Source: an uncultured Verrucomicrobiae bacterium
Lineage (GTDB): Bacteria > Verrucomicrobiota > Verrucomicrobiia > Chthoniobacterales > Terrimicrobiaceae
Direction of reading: 5' to 3'
Length of the DNA stretch: 64,000 bases
Assembly (NCBI GenBank): GCA_963706955.1
Contig: CAVPOC010000001.1
Coordinates: forward strand, 32,001 to 96,000
This document shows positions 20,237 through 32,235 of the stretch, in pieces; position 1 is the first letter of the stretch, and every line of letters begins with the position of its first letter. The position numbers and the translations under genes were made by a program. The notes beneath the pieces were generated by a model, which saw only the letters and a program-made list of their open reading frames with translations, had not been told where the DNA came from and did not search any database.

Positions 20237-21739
20237 ATGAAGATCCTTGTTGCCTCCAGCGAGTTGAGCCCTCTTGCCCGGACCGGTGGGCTAGCCGATG
20301 CAGTTGCTGAGCTTACGGCCGAGTTGTCCCGGTTAGGACACGAGGTCAGCGTCGTGATTCCCTATTACCGCAGCATTCGGGAGGGGAAAGTGGCTAAGAC
20401 GAAGAAGACGCGTGTCAAATTCAACGTTCAGGTTGGCAACGCGGGCATCCCCGTCGACGTTTTCGAGACTCAGACTCCGGAGGGTGTGCAGGTCTTCTTG
20501 ATTGCGCGAGACGAGTATTTTGATCGTTCCGGGTTCTATGGAGTTGATGGGCGCGACTATCAGGACAACGCCGCGCGTTTCATCTATTTCACAAAGGCCG
20601 CCATCGAGTTGGCCGGTCGCATGAACCCGTCTCCGGAAATTCTTCTGGCGAATGGCTGGCAGACGGCGCTCCTGCCGGTTTTCGTCGCGGAGCGGCGGCT
20701 TCCTTATCGGACCGTTCTCACTCCGCAGTCGCTTGCCTTTCAGGGCAATTTCTGGAGCTACGACTTTGCATTGACGAATTTGCCCGGCGATTATTTCTCG
20801 GCGCACGGCGTCGAATACTACGGGAGCATGAATTGCCTGAAAGGCGGAATTCTGTTCGCTAACGCGGTGGTCCTCCCCAGTGAGCGCTTATGTTTGGGAA
20901 GCCCAGACGCCCGAGCATGGTTATGGATTGGAAAATGTCCTCCGCGAGCATCAACACAAGCTCTATGGCATCCCATCGAGCGAACAAGTCAAAGACTGGA
21001 AACTGCCTGCTGGTGAAAGTTCCGATCGGCAGCGTTCGGCGCTTCTCGAAGCGGTCGGGCTTTCCGCCGATGAGCCGCGCGCGATCTTTGTTGCTTTCAG
21101 CCAGAGCTCCGAAGGTAAAGGTCTTGGAATATTGTTTCCCGCTCTAGACCGACTGCTTGCCGATAACGTGCGTTTGATTCTGCTGGACTTTGTGCCACCC
21201 GAGCACATCACGGCCCTCGAGATCGCCGAGCGCAAGCATCGCAAGCGCTTCGTGCATATCTCGCCGGCGGATGAGTCGCTTCAGCGTAAGGCGCTCGCGG
21301 GCGCCGATATTTTTCTCGTTCCTGGAGCAACCGAGCCCGAGGCGATCTGGCTGCGACGCGCTATGCTTTACGGAGCCATTCCGCTCGCCGCGCAATGCCC
21401 GGGATTATTTCAATTTGTTCGTGATTGGGAACAGAGTCGCGGCGAAGGAAACGGTTTTGTTTTCTCCGCACAAACTCCGACGGATTACTGGATGGCTGCC
21501 GCAAAGCACTCCGAGTCATGGATGATAAGGCAACGCGCGATTTGCTGCGGAAGCGATGCCTAAGTGCGGACTTTTCCTTGCAGGCGACCGCGCGCGCCCA
21601 TGTCGAGCTCTTTGAGCGTCTCCTCGGGGAAAGAAGGGCGCCCAGGCGGCTTGATCCAAGAAGCTCGCGCGCTGAAAGGACTCCACTTCGGGACGGACAA
21701 CTCGCAGCCGCGTGGTGTTACCTTTCGGTCGCCCACTGA
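20237..21739 (+). CDS. glgA: Glycogen/starch synthase (GT5)-like protein, frameshifts near 20885 and 21478; 3' end approximate
   Basis: MKILVASSE..P..RTGGLAD, YQDNAARF, FQGNF, LKGGI, EAQTPEHGYGLE, NGFVF and DFS spread over three frames. Several catalytic motifs are degenerate. Confidence 0.75.
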
Positions 21740-21843
21740 CGCGCCATTATCTCGAGGACGAACAGCGCCACCATGTGGGTCTCTCCGCTGAAGACTCCTC
21801 AGGAACTGATCTCACATAGGCTCCTTTCAGCGAGGTTTGGCAA

Positions 21844-22103
21844 CTAAGAGCAGCGAAATTCCCAACATCGATACAACCGGGCCGAGAATTCTCTGCTTCT
21901 TCTGGGGAGCTTCGTCTCGCGCTGATCTCTCGTTCGATTTTGAAGAGTTGATCGAGAAGCCATGAGACGCCCTTCGCTTCGCTCAAGCGATCCACTACCA
22001 GAAACGACCAAAGCGCGCCCAATGTGGCGAGTAGAAATCCACTGATCAGACTGATCGACTTGGCGCGATGAGAAAGGAAGGGAACATTTGTTCGTGTCTT
22101 CAA
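21844..22103 (-). pseudogene. Possible truncated membrane-protein remnant
   Basis: One clear TM segment (ISLISGFLLATLGALWSFLVV) with no convincing continuation. Confidence 0.25.
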
Positions 22104-22297
22104 AGTTAAATGAAGGCACGCCTACCAGGCCACGCGGCCTCGGCGAGAACCAGGCTCCGTCGCAGTGCTTCGCAGCGCGATCAGCACCCGCGCCAGTCGT
22201 TCCCTTTGACTGTGACTATTTTTAAAGACCTCCGCGGTGAGAGCTCTTAGATGTCGGAGATCAGAGTCGAACCGCAGAGTTTTTCGACCGAAGGCGG

Positions 22298-22735
22298 TCA
22301 GTCAATCGGGACGCTCGCAAATGCCGCCTCGGAGCGAATGACCTCGAAATAACCAGCATTGGTATTTCGACATATAAATTTCCAGAATCGGACTTTGTTG
22401 CGCAGGACCTCCGTGATGGTCCCGGCGAGTTTTTGGTTCGCGCGTTGCTTTAGGACAAACGGCTCGGCTTTGTTCACCGGTCGATCTACCCAAGCCGCTG
22501 AGCCGACCGGCATACGCATGTAGGTGCGGGGATCGCCAGCGGCAACGGGAGATTTGCGGAATTGCAGGGTGAAAGTGTTGCTCGCAAACGCAGGGGTCAG
22601 GCCGGGACCTCCCCGAACGATCAGGGGATAATAGCCAGGAGGATCGGCGGCGGCAGCCCTCGGCCAGGCGAATAACAGAACCGCTGCCGACAGGCTGAGA
22701 CTAACGAGTTTGGTAATGTGTCTGAGAGTTCTCAT
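22298..22735 (-). CDS. Hypothetical secreted protein (~145 aa)
   Basis: Sec signal peptide ending AAA-ADPP, then YPLIVRGG and AAWVDRPVNKAEP. Start at ATG 22735. Confidence 0.7.
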   Translation of the reverse strand: MRTLRHITKLVSLSLSAAVLLFAWPRAAAADPPGYYPLIVRGGPGLTPAFASNTFTLQFRKSPVAAGDPRTYMRMPVGSAAWVDRPVNKAEPFVLKQRANQKLAGTITEVLRNKVRFWKFICRNTNAGYFEVIRSEAAFASVPID

Positions 22736-23411
22736 TGAATAGTGCTCAAATGTGGGCAGCCGAACCTGCAAGGACGCCGTTCTGACCGAGGTGGCCTTGG
22801 AGGAACCATAGATTCACCATTTTGGTCATAACGCTTATCAAAGATGAGGGATTTACTCCGACTCCCCATTAGCATCCCCTCGGCTGTTAGGTTTGCTAAA
22901 ATCTGGCTTCCTCTGCAAGCCATTTTTCCACTAGACAATATTCGGGCTGGTTCGGCAGGATCGACAAATCCTATCTCGTCAAAAACAGCGACTTAGTATA
23001 GCCGGTAAGTTTGCCATCTGAAGTCGCTGGCTCACTGGTGATGGCTAATGTCCCGTTTTCGAATTAAGATTGCCATAAGCTTCGGCGAGGTCATTGAGTT
23101 TCATGGAGGAGGAGTCTTCGTCTTTGCAGCGGTTCGAACGGTGACTAGCTCGGTTGTAAGATCGAGGCTCACACTCATTGCTAGGGGGAGCGATGCACAC
23201 GCCCAGCCAGCTATTTTAATGTCAGCTGCAAGCGACTCTAGAAAGGTCCCAACTGTTCGTCCGGTTGGTGCCGAGCATTCCGATTCCTCTTCAGCCGCCC
23301 GGACGCCAGGAAAGATGCAAGCTCACGGAACCGCGGCCCCCACACCGAATAACATTGCGGCAAAGTTGCTCTGTAGAGTCTAACTTCCTCAAAAACCTAA
23401 CTCTCAACAAC

Positions 23412-23900
23412 ATGATGGAGTCATTTCAAACTGTTTCCGACATTCTCCTGCGCCTGATGGCTGCTGGATTCATTGGTGGCCTGATTGGCTTCGAACGCCG
23501 CGCACACCATAAAGCAATTGGCGTCGCGGGCATGGTGCTCATTGCGATCGGGAGCACCACGTTCATGCTGCTGGCCAAGCACCTCTCGCTGACCGATCCG
23601 GCGTCGATCAGCCGAACTCTTCAGGGCCTTCTTTCAGGAATCGGTTTCCTTGGTGGTGCAGTCATCTTCAAGAGTGGACACGATGTCAGAGGCGTTAAGG
23701 CGGCCGCAGCCGTTTGGATTACCGGTGCTATCGGCCTCGCGATCGGAACCTCTTACTGGTGGCTTGGCATCACCGTCGGTGCCGTCACCTTCGTGGTTAT
23801 GTTCGTGGCGGACAGCTTCCCCGATCGGGAGCGTGAAGAGAAATTGGAGGGTAATGGGGGCAAAGCCGACGATTCCGGGCCGTTTGGAAAAACGAAGTAA
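23412..23900 (+). CDS. MgtC/SapB family membrane protein
   Basis: IGGLIGFER, SGIGFLGGAVI, AAAVWITGAIGLAIG. Confidence 0.9.
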   Translation: MMESFQTVSDILLRLMAAGFIGGLIGFERRAHHKAIGVAGMVLIAIGSTTFMLLAKHLSLTDPASISRTLQGLLSGIGFLGGAVIFKSGHDVRGVKAAAAVWITGAIGLAIGTSYWWLGITVGAVTFVVMFVADSFPDREREEKLEGNGGKADDSGPFGKTK

Positions 23901-24026
23901 GCTGCGCTTCTACGAGCGTCAATTCCGTCGCCAGGCAGGGATAGAGCAAGATCGTTTCTGTGATCTCTTGGTTCGAGTTGCGGTAAACTTCAATCATCGG
24001 TGGCACACGGCAGCGTGTTTACCGCC

Positions 24027-24496
24027 TCAGAGTGCAGCATGGACTGCTTCATACCTTGTGCGATGTCTCTTCTTTAGCTCCAAGTATCCTTGATCTTTTC
24101 TCGCCTGGCGCCACTTCTCGTAGAAGTGCTTTGCTGATTCTGCCTTCAATTTGTCTTCTTCTCGAGGCAGGAGCTCCCTGGTCAGTTTCGCGTATTTGCG
24201 CCCGGTTCTGATGATTGGCATACCTGCGCGCCCTCGAGTAGCCCATTTGCAGGAACTTTCGAGCCATGTCCATGCCAACAAAGTTCTCCTGGGCTTTGTA
24301 TTGCGAGAAACATTTTGTAAATCTTGTTCGCAGACACGCGAGCCATGTTCGGCGTCTTAAATCTCCAGTGAGGTAGAATTTCGCTTTTATAAGGTTCGAC
24401 GAGCAGGACACCCTGCTCCCCCTTGCCGACGCGGTAAAGTTCGGGGTGTTTTCTGAAGTCGATGCGGTTGAAATCGAGCGAGTAGTCAAAGGTCAT
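24027..24496 (-). CDS. DUF4385-family protein, frameshifts near 24300 and 24210
   Basis: PELYRVGKGEQGVLLVEPYKSEILPHWRFKTP, FVGMDMARKFLQMGY and KAESAKHFYEKW across three frames. Confidence 0.8.
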
Positions 24497-24569
24497 AGCA
24501 ACAATTGCGATGAGCGAACGCTTGGTCTCTTATGCCTGTTTCCTAGTTAAATTCGGACAAAGTTATTCG

Positions 24570-24895
24570 TCAAACGCTTCGCGGCGGCTGAGTTGCTTTC
24601 TGCCAGACGAGAGTGGCGGGCAAAATCTCTGGAGGCTTGGCGACTACCTCGGAGACCGCCTTTAGGTATTCTGAATACCAAGCGCCTGCGAGAAACTTAT
24701 CCATTGCCGCTTGATCCTGATAGAGCTGAAAGACAACAAGAGTGTCAGGATCCTTGATGTCATAACAGAAGAAATATTCAAGATGCCCTGGATTGGCAGC
24801 CGCTCGGGGCTTGACATAGTGCTCCCAAATCTCACGCATGGCATCACGCGGCCTGGCTTTGCTTTGTGGCGGATAAAAAGTGCAATTGGGTTCAT
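24570..24895 (-). CDS. Antibiotic biosynthesis monooxygenase (ABM) family protein, frameshift near 24850
   Basis: ALFIRHKAKPG joined to EIWEHYVKPRAAANPGHLEYFFCYD..DPD...VFQLY. Confidence 0.75.
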
Positions 24896-25150
24896 ATGGC
24901 TATTACATGTGGTTCGATCGATCCGTCGACGCGAAGTAGGCGGAAGCGTATGAATTCGCCATTGCGGGGCGATGCAGATTCACGGTTTGCTCGGCTATCC
25001 GGCTGCGCGAAGATGATTTGTCATCACGGCCTACGTGTGCGGATTGCAGGCGGAGATTTCTTGGATCAGTTGCAAGACGCGCAGCTCTCTTACTTGGGGG
25101 TATTCTTCTCTCTCCAAGCAGCTTGCTGGGATAATACCTGTCTAAAGTGA

Positions 25151-26536
25151 ATGTTGCCTAAAATTATCACCCCCATCCCCGGTCCGCGATCCCGCGCCTT
25201 GGCGGAAAGCTGTCGCGTTTCGAAGCCAGAGAGGTGACCTGGCTGGCGGAGGATTTTCCGGTCTTCTGGGAACGGGCCGAAGGAGTGAACGTCTGGGACG
25301 TTGATGGAAATCGCTACTTGGATTTCACGTCGGCATTCGGCGGTGACCGGGCTTGGTCACAGCGCCGAACCGCTCCGTCTGGCCCTGGCAACCCAGGCAA
25401 GGAAACTTTGGCATGCGATGGGGGACGTGCATCCGGCTGCCCTTAAGGCCGAGCTCTGCGAGCAGTTAAGCCGGATCACTTTTGAGAGATGGGGGATGGG
25501 AACTGGCAAGACGATCCTCTGCAACTCCGGGTCGGAGGCGGTGGAAGCTGCCTTAAAAACGGCGCTGCTTTACAGTGGTCGAGCGGGTGTGATCTCATTC
25601 CACGGCGGTTTTCACGGGCTCGGTCTCGGGGCACTTGAGGTCATCGGAATCTCGGCATTCCGGGAGCCTTTTCAGAGCCAACTCGGACGGTTTGCGGTTC
25701 AGCTACCTTACCCAAATTGTTTTCGATGTCCCTTTGGCAGGTGTGAGGGATTTCGGCTTGAAGGAAACCCCTTTCCCAACTGTTCAACCAGTTGTCTTGA
25801 GGAGCTTCAGAAGCAGATTAAGGCGGCGATCCGTCAGCGAGAGATTGGCTCGATCATCGTCGAGCCGATTCAAGGGCGGGGGGGCGACATCGTCCCACCC
25901 CGCGACTTTCTCAGAATGCTAAGACATATCTGCAATGAGGAGAAATTGCTCCTCATCGTGGACGAAATTTACACGGGGTTGAATCGAACGGGAAAGCTCT
26001 TCGCTTGCGATCAGTTTGATATCGCGCCCGATATCATCTGCTTAGCAAAGGCCCTGAGTGGGGGCTTCCCAATGTCTGCTTGTATCGGCCGGGCGGATAT
26101 CATGGATGCCTGGCCGCAATCAAGCGGCGAAGCCTTGCATACCAGCACGACGCTTGGAAATCCTCTCGGCTGCGCCATGAGCCTCGCGTCAATTGACGAG
26201 CACCTCAAAGAGGAGACGCGACAGCTCGCTCGAAGAGCCGGGCAGATGCTGCGACGCTCGCTGCTCGCTCTGAACTCGCCCTGGATTGGCCACGTTCGCG
26301 GCGTCGGAGCAATGCTCGGCCTCGAACTCGTGAAGCGGGACGGTTCGCCTTATGGCGCGCTGGCGACGGCGATCATGCGACGAGGATTACAGGACGGTCT
26401 GATCCTGTTGGGGGGTGGACCAACCGGCGCGGTGCTTTCCTTCGCACCTCCGTTTATCATCTCCGAGTCGGAAATTGAGTTCCTGGCGACAAAGCTCGCC
26501 GACTACCTCGCCTTTCTGCCCGGCTCCATTTCGTAG
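25151..26536 (+). CDS. Class III PLP-dependent aminotransferase, frameshifts near 25205 and 25345
   Basis: [60 protein letters not shown] and [13 protein letters not shown]. Confidence 0.88.
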
Positions 26537-26814
26537 TCGAGGGCAAGCCGCGCGGTAATGTTCGGCTTGATGACTTCTTCGACGAACTTCACGTGGTTCG
26601 GATCTTCCAAGTAGAGCGGCAACTTCTCCATCGAGTCGAGTTCGACGGCGAGAAAGAACGGCCACTCGGCTTGGGGGTCTATGCGCTTGCCACAACGAAT
26701 GCTCAGAACTTCGGGGATCTTTAGGAGTTGGATGCGCGTCTCCCGCATCATCCATTCGATCTTCTCCTGATCCACGTCCGGGTTAACTTTGAAAAGGACC
26801 AGATGATGGATCAT
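26503..26814 (-). CDS. Dabb family stress-responsive A/B-barrel protein
   Basis: MIHHLVLFK, IPEV, YLEDPNHVKFV, ALDYE. Confidence 0.85.
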   Translation of the reverse strand: MIHHLVLFKVNPDVDQEKIEWMMRETRIQLLKIPEVLSIRCGKRIDPQAEWPFFLAVELDSMEKLPLYLEDPNHVKFVEEVIKPNITARLALDYEMEPGRKAR

Positions 26815-26824
26815 GCCCTGTTTT

Positions 26825-27197
26825 TCAGCTCCAGTCTAAGCCACCTTTCTTGATCGCGTAAAGATACCCGAAGAGAAGAATCACGATAAAGCTCAACATG
26901 CTCCAAAAGATCACCGGTCCGAATTGAGCAACAAAGGTCTGGAACGCGACCGCCCAGGGATACATGAAGACAATCTCGATGTCGAAAAGGATGAACAGCA
27001 TCGCCACAAGGTAAAACTTGATGCTGAAGCGCGGCTGGGGGCCGGGCTCCGGCACGGCGCCGCATTCATAAGCTGTGTCTTTGGTCGCCGTGCGGGTCCC
27101 CGCGCGACCGAGGAAGAAGGTTGGCGAGCAGGGTGACGGTAGCAAAACCAATCGCCACAAGCACGTGAAGCAGAACCGGAACGTAGTCTTGAAGCAT
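26825..27197 (-). CDS. nuoA: NADH-quinone oxidoreductase subunit A, frameshift near 27122
   Basis: MLQDYVPVLL start. KDTAYECG, FSIKFYLVAMLFILFDIEIVFMYPWA and GGLDW. Confidence 0.92.
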
Positions 27198-27244
27198 TGG
27201 TGGAGAGTTTTAGCAGCAGATCCCGGCGGTTCGCAAATTGAAAA

Positions 27245-29138
27245 TCATTGCGCACGCGGATAGGCGGCGATCGTGCCCGGCTTGTATCGCCTCACGAAAG
27301 CGGTAAGCGTTGGATCGAAACCTTGAATGCTCGCAATCTTTTCGAACAAGCGATCGTCCTCAATCATGGCATAGAGGGCCGGGCTGCTAGCGGAGGCTGT
27401 CCACGCATTAGCAAAGTTGACGTAGAGGGTTTTGCCGTTTCTATCGGCCTCCTCGAGGTTGCGAATGAGTTGTTCGACATTGGAAATGACGATGATGTTC
27501 GGATCGTACGGACCACGGAACTCCGGTCAGGGAAACCGTCATGATGGATTGTTGCCGAGGATCGTAGGGATCGAGAACCGGACGGGTCAGGAGGACAGAC
27601 TCTCTCATTGGCTGCAGCGAGTGGCTGACAAGCCACTGGCGCTGCGGCTGGGTGGCACCAAAGAAGGCAATCACGACCAGCCCTGCCATGAGCGGCGGAG
27701 CATAACGATTCACGCGGCGTGCGGCCTCAGCGACCCAGTCCAAGCCGACAGCGAAGAAAGCCACGAAGCCCGAGAGGCTGAAAAACAAATACCATTCGTA
27801 GAGATAGTGGTTTCTGGCGCGCGAAATCAAATAGACCATTGGACCAGGCAGCAGGAGCACGAGGAGAACGATCCATCCTGCCGGGTGCCGAAACCCGATC
27901 CGCACCGCTCCGGCGACGAGGAAGGCGACCGCCGTGGCCAGCATCAAAGGGAACAGGATAGGGTGCGCGTCCGCGGTCCATTGAAGTTCCTGATAGCCGG
28001 CCTGAGGAAGGTCCGAGTTGTTCCAGGGGATGCCGGCGAGCAGATGGGCACCCATGTTTCGATGCCAGCGCAAACCGAGCTCTCCAAGAGCGCGCTCCGT
28101 TTTAAAGTAGTCCAGGAGCTGGGGAATGCACGGAAGCATCAGCTGGAGGTAAACCATGAGGGCGACAGCGCTCGCCACAATCAGTCGTGGGAAATAACGG
28201 ACACGTTCGTCGGCAGTTGGATGCCGCAGGAGCAGCGCAATCGCGCCGCAGAGATTCGCGATCACGACCATATAAAGGCAACCAGGATAGGCGTAGAGCA
28301 GGGCGAACTCCGACGCGGCAAATCCAGCCCACCACCTCCAGCGCGACGAGTCGATTGCCTGAATCAGGCAATAGATCATCAAAGGTCCAAAGAGCAGGGT
28401 AAAGATGTATCCGCGGAGCTCAATCGCATAGCGGACATGCCAGGGATGAATCGCAAGAACAAACGCCGCGAGCACGCCTGCTCTGGCGAAGCCCAGACGT
28501 TTAAGGAGCAGGGCGATTGAACCGATCGACAAGATCCCTGCGACCAGACATGGAAAGCGGACGACTGGTTCGGTGAATTGAAGTCCTGTCGGTCGGGCGA
28601 TCGCGCGCCACGTCTGCAGGCTTGCCTTTGAGAGAATCGTTTGCAGTTGGTGATTGGCTGGCTTCCAATAATTCCAGAGCGCAACTTTCCAGGTTGTTTC
28701 CTTGAGTTTGAGATCGCCGCTCTCGTCGCGCCTGTATTGGCCGAGCACGGCGCGATGCAGGCTGGAATCTTCGTCATCCCAGAGGCTTTGCGGAAGGCGT
28801 TGAATTCCCCAGAATGTGGTTAATGCCATCGCGGCAATAACGAGCGGCCAGAACCATCTGGGCGTCTCCACCTCGGGCAGCCATCGTGTTTGCGGAGGGC
28901 GAGCAGATCTAAGCCACCATCGCGCGGTCGCTCCGAGAAGAGCGACAAGCACAAGATTTATGGCTGCGGCCCACCATTCATAGATTGCGACAAAGTGGTG
29001 AATCTTGAGCGGTTTGCCAGCCGGCAGCTCAACCGTCCAAGGCTTGTCCGCGATCAGCAGGAATACGAGGATCCCAACCGCAACGACACCGCAGAGCAAT
29101 GCAGCCCAGGTGGCTGGGGAGAGTCGAGCGGCTTTCAA
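27245..29138 (-). CDS. GT-C-type (ArnT/PMT_2-like) membrane glycosyltransferase, frameshift near 27515
   Basis: Multi-TM protein with QSLWDDE, EPVVRFP and HPWHVRYAIELRGY. The C-terminal periplasmic part continues in another frame to TGA at 27245. Confidence 0.75.
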
Positions 29139-30578
29139 AAGGCGTAGGAAATTTTTTCAAACCGCGTGTCTTGCAAGAGCCCGACAACTCTGGAGAGCAG
29201 CAAAATGCCAATGGCCAGGTGGCCGGCGAGGTAGAGCACGATTGGCAAGACGGGAGTCCGAGACCACGCGCAGTTGCTCGCCTCCTTGGACCACCATCCA
29301 AAGCAGCGGCATATACAACGTCATGATGAAGCGGTGGCCCGGGCCCGTTGGCAGGTACCATCCGGTGGCCATCACGTAAACAACGAAGGTGGTCAAGCCC
29401 AGAAGGACCGGCAAGGTGATGGGTCCAAGCTTCTCAAGCCGTCCTTGAGAAGCTGCCACGCCGCACATGGCCAGGGCGAGCGCTCCCAAGCCGATCAAGT
29501 AAAGCCCGCGATGGGGCAAGACGATGCGCTTGGGCTTGTCTTTGCGCTCGACCGAGAGCCGCCATTTGGCTTCCGGATGAAAGAGCTGAACCAGCCGGAC
29601 TACGGCGCCATTCCTGAGACGAACCAGGGCGTCGCCCAAATCATGACGATGGAAGTAGCCTCGCATGGTGGGTTGTTCTTCGATTGGCAGCGTCGCCAGA
29701 CGGACCTTGCGGCAGTCGGCATACTTATTTACGCACGTCTCCCAATCATCTGCCCAAAACCAAAAGCTTGGCAGATTGTAGAACGCGCTTCCCCACGTCT
29801 TGTGCGCATGGATGAGGCGTGGAGAGATGATCGCAAAGTATGCAGCCAAGCAGATGAGAAGTCCGCTCACCAAGCGACGAGGACGCCAGCTCGGAGCTCG
29901 AAGATGCCAGGGAAGCTTGTCTCCAAGACTGAGACTGAGGAGCCAACGGACGATGCTGAAGCCAACAAACAAGACGAGAAATGGCGTTGTCGAGGACTTC
30001 GCCAGCCAAGCCAGGGCCGTAATTATGCCGAGGAGCAAATAGAGGTGCAGCGGATTCTCGTTCAGGAGGCGCATCGCGCAGGCGCAGACAAACAAAAAGA
30101 GCACGAGAAAGATCGGCTCGGCACCGAAGAAGGTGGAAATCGGCAGAAGGGCCGCCAGTGAGCACAGCGCGGTCGCATTGAAAGCCGCCAGCGGCCCAAC
30201 ACGGCAGGCGAAAAAGACCGAGACAGCCGCCGTCGCGAAAATCCCAAGCACCACATTCAACCGCTTTCCTTTTTCGAAGAATTCGGCGTCGCTCGAATTG
30301 AGGAATGTCGCGGCGATCCAAGGAAAAAGCGGGTTGCGTGTGCCGTCCGAATACCACGGATACCACGAGCCTTCCATCGTCTTCGACATCCCCACATAGG
30401 CGCTTTGATCAAAGGGATCGATCTCGTGGTTTGTCTGCGCCGTAATTCTCAGGCCGATGACGGCAAGCGATCCACAAAGAAAAAGGACCGCCACTGCATA
30501 ACCGACGATGGATGCGGGCCTCCATGGACCGAGCAACCACGGCGAAATGCGATCAATCAGCCGAAGCAAATTGGTCAC
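29135..30578 (-). CDS. Polytopic membrane protein, GT-C-like, frameshift near 29230
   Basis: DQSAY and DGTRNPLFPW in the first loop, AEPIF, LAWLAK, and more than 10 TM segments. The corrected stop overlaps the TTG start of the next gene (TTGA). Confidence 0.65.
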
Positions 30579-32226
30579 GTTCCTTTCCGAGAAAAATAAG
30601 CGGTCACGACGTAAGCAAGCGTCGTGACGACAAAAACAAGCATCGTCGCCAAAGCGAACAGAAGGAGAGGACCGTAACTCCCGCGATAACGTGAATTGTC
30701 GAGGGCGTGGATCAGCGCGATGGTCACCGCATTACCCGCCGGCGCCAGGAAAAATATCGTCGCGACAAAGGCAGCCAAACGAAACTGCGCAAGAGAAGGG
30801 ACAAATAGGCAGGATGTCGCCGAGAGCAAAAACGCAATCTCAATCCAGAATGCCGCTGATCGGACGATTCGCAGCAGACCACGGAATGGACCGAGGATCT
30901 CCAAGTCGGCGAACTGCGCAGCCTGCAGGACGGCGCTGCGCCGATAAGTGTCAAACATTTCTCTGACCGGTTGGCTGATCGTTGCATCGAGTGATTCGGG
31001 AATCGTCGTGAGGACATATTCATAGAGCTTTCCCATTTTGATGCGCGTGCGAAAGAATGTGCCGTCGTCAGGAAAAAAGAAATAACCTAGCTGCGTGAAA
31101 ACTTTGCGCGCATAAGAAAACGGCTCGCTGACGATCCCGGAGAGGAAGCTGCTTCGGCAGAACGAGGCAATCTCCTGGCGCGACATTCCCTGCTCCCTGC
31201 TCAAGAAACGGAAACACCGTTGAGCGATACATCAAGTAGTCCGGATCGAAGCCCAGCCTCGGATAATAGCTGGCGAGTGTTCGGGCGGTTTCCATCTCCC
31301 GGTCGAGAACCGGAAGGAAAGCCTCGAGAAAGCGGCGACGTTGCTCAGGGGCTTCGGCATGCTTCCAGTTCGTGCCGCATGCTCGCTTGGATGACATCGG
31401 CGTGGATGGTAAAGAGCGTCATCGGAAGAACGAGGCGCGTTTCGCCCGTGCGGATGAAAAGAAGTTTGTCCGGCAGGATCAGGGTAGACACGATGAGGAA
31501 CATGCCGAGCAAAGGAGTCAGGAGTCGAAGGCTGAGCGGAATGGCTCTGCCAAAAAGACCTACAAAAACCGGCAAAGTAGTCGCCGCCACCGAGAGGAGC
31601 CAGTTGGGCTTGAGGATAAAGAGTGCATACGCGAGCAGCATGGCGAGGGCTCCAAAGAGGAGGGAGGCAATGGCTCTGGGTTGGTGCCACCGAAATCGGC
31701 AATAGCTGGCGATACAGAAAAGCTGGAGAAACGCTGTGAAGGCCATGATCCCTTCAGGCCGAATCGAGAGCTCGAGCGCGAGGGCGATTGGACTGAAAAG
31801 ATAGAGGGCCACGGTGAGCAGACCTATGATAATCGCGGCGATCTCGAGAATGAACGGTTTTGGCAACAGGGCCGTCCAGCTTCTCCATGTGAGCCACATG
31901 AAGATTGCCGCAACCACTCCGAGGGTCTGTTGGATAATGATGTATCCGGAAAAAGATCCCGTGAGTCGAAGGCACGCGGCGATGAATGCTCCGTAGAGCC
32001 ACTCGCGTTCGAAGCGCTCGCGAAAGCCTGTGCCGCCAAGCCAGCTGAGCGCGGGATCAAGCCACCCCCAGCTGTCCCATTCCGAGATGGCGACCGGACT
32101 GATGCGCATTCGCATTGCCGTCGCCGCGGCGAGCAGGAGGAGAAGAACGATCCAACCGAGAAGTCCGGGCAGCCTAACTACCCATCCCTCCCAGGAGCGA
32201 GGGTTGGCGGAACGATCGACGCTCAA
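30575..32226 (-). CDS. Polytopic membrane protein, GT-C-like, frameshifts near 31350 and 31205
   Basis: WDSWGWL, REWLYGAF, IRPE, KPNW and C-terminal DNSRY. ORFs 31345..32226, 31068..31397 and 30575..31204 join into one gene. Confidence 0.65.
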
Positions 32227-32235
32227 AGGCGATGC

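Noticed and set aside
21620..21830. Possible glycine-riboswitch-like sequence after the glgA-like gene
   Set aside because: The conserved GGAGA / CCGAAG / CUCUCAGG arrangement is absent and there is no suitable downstream gene.
22120..22297. CTCCGCGGTGA / AACCGCAGAG fragments resembling small intergenic repeats
   Set aside because: Too degenerate to call from this window alone.
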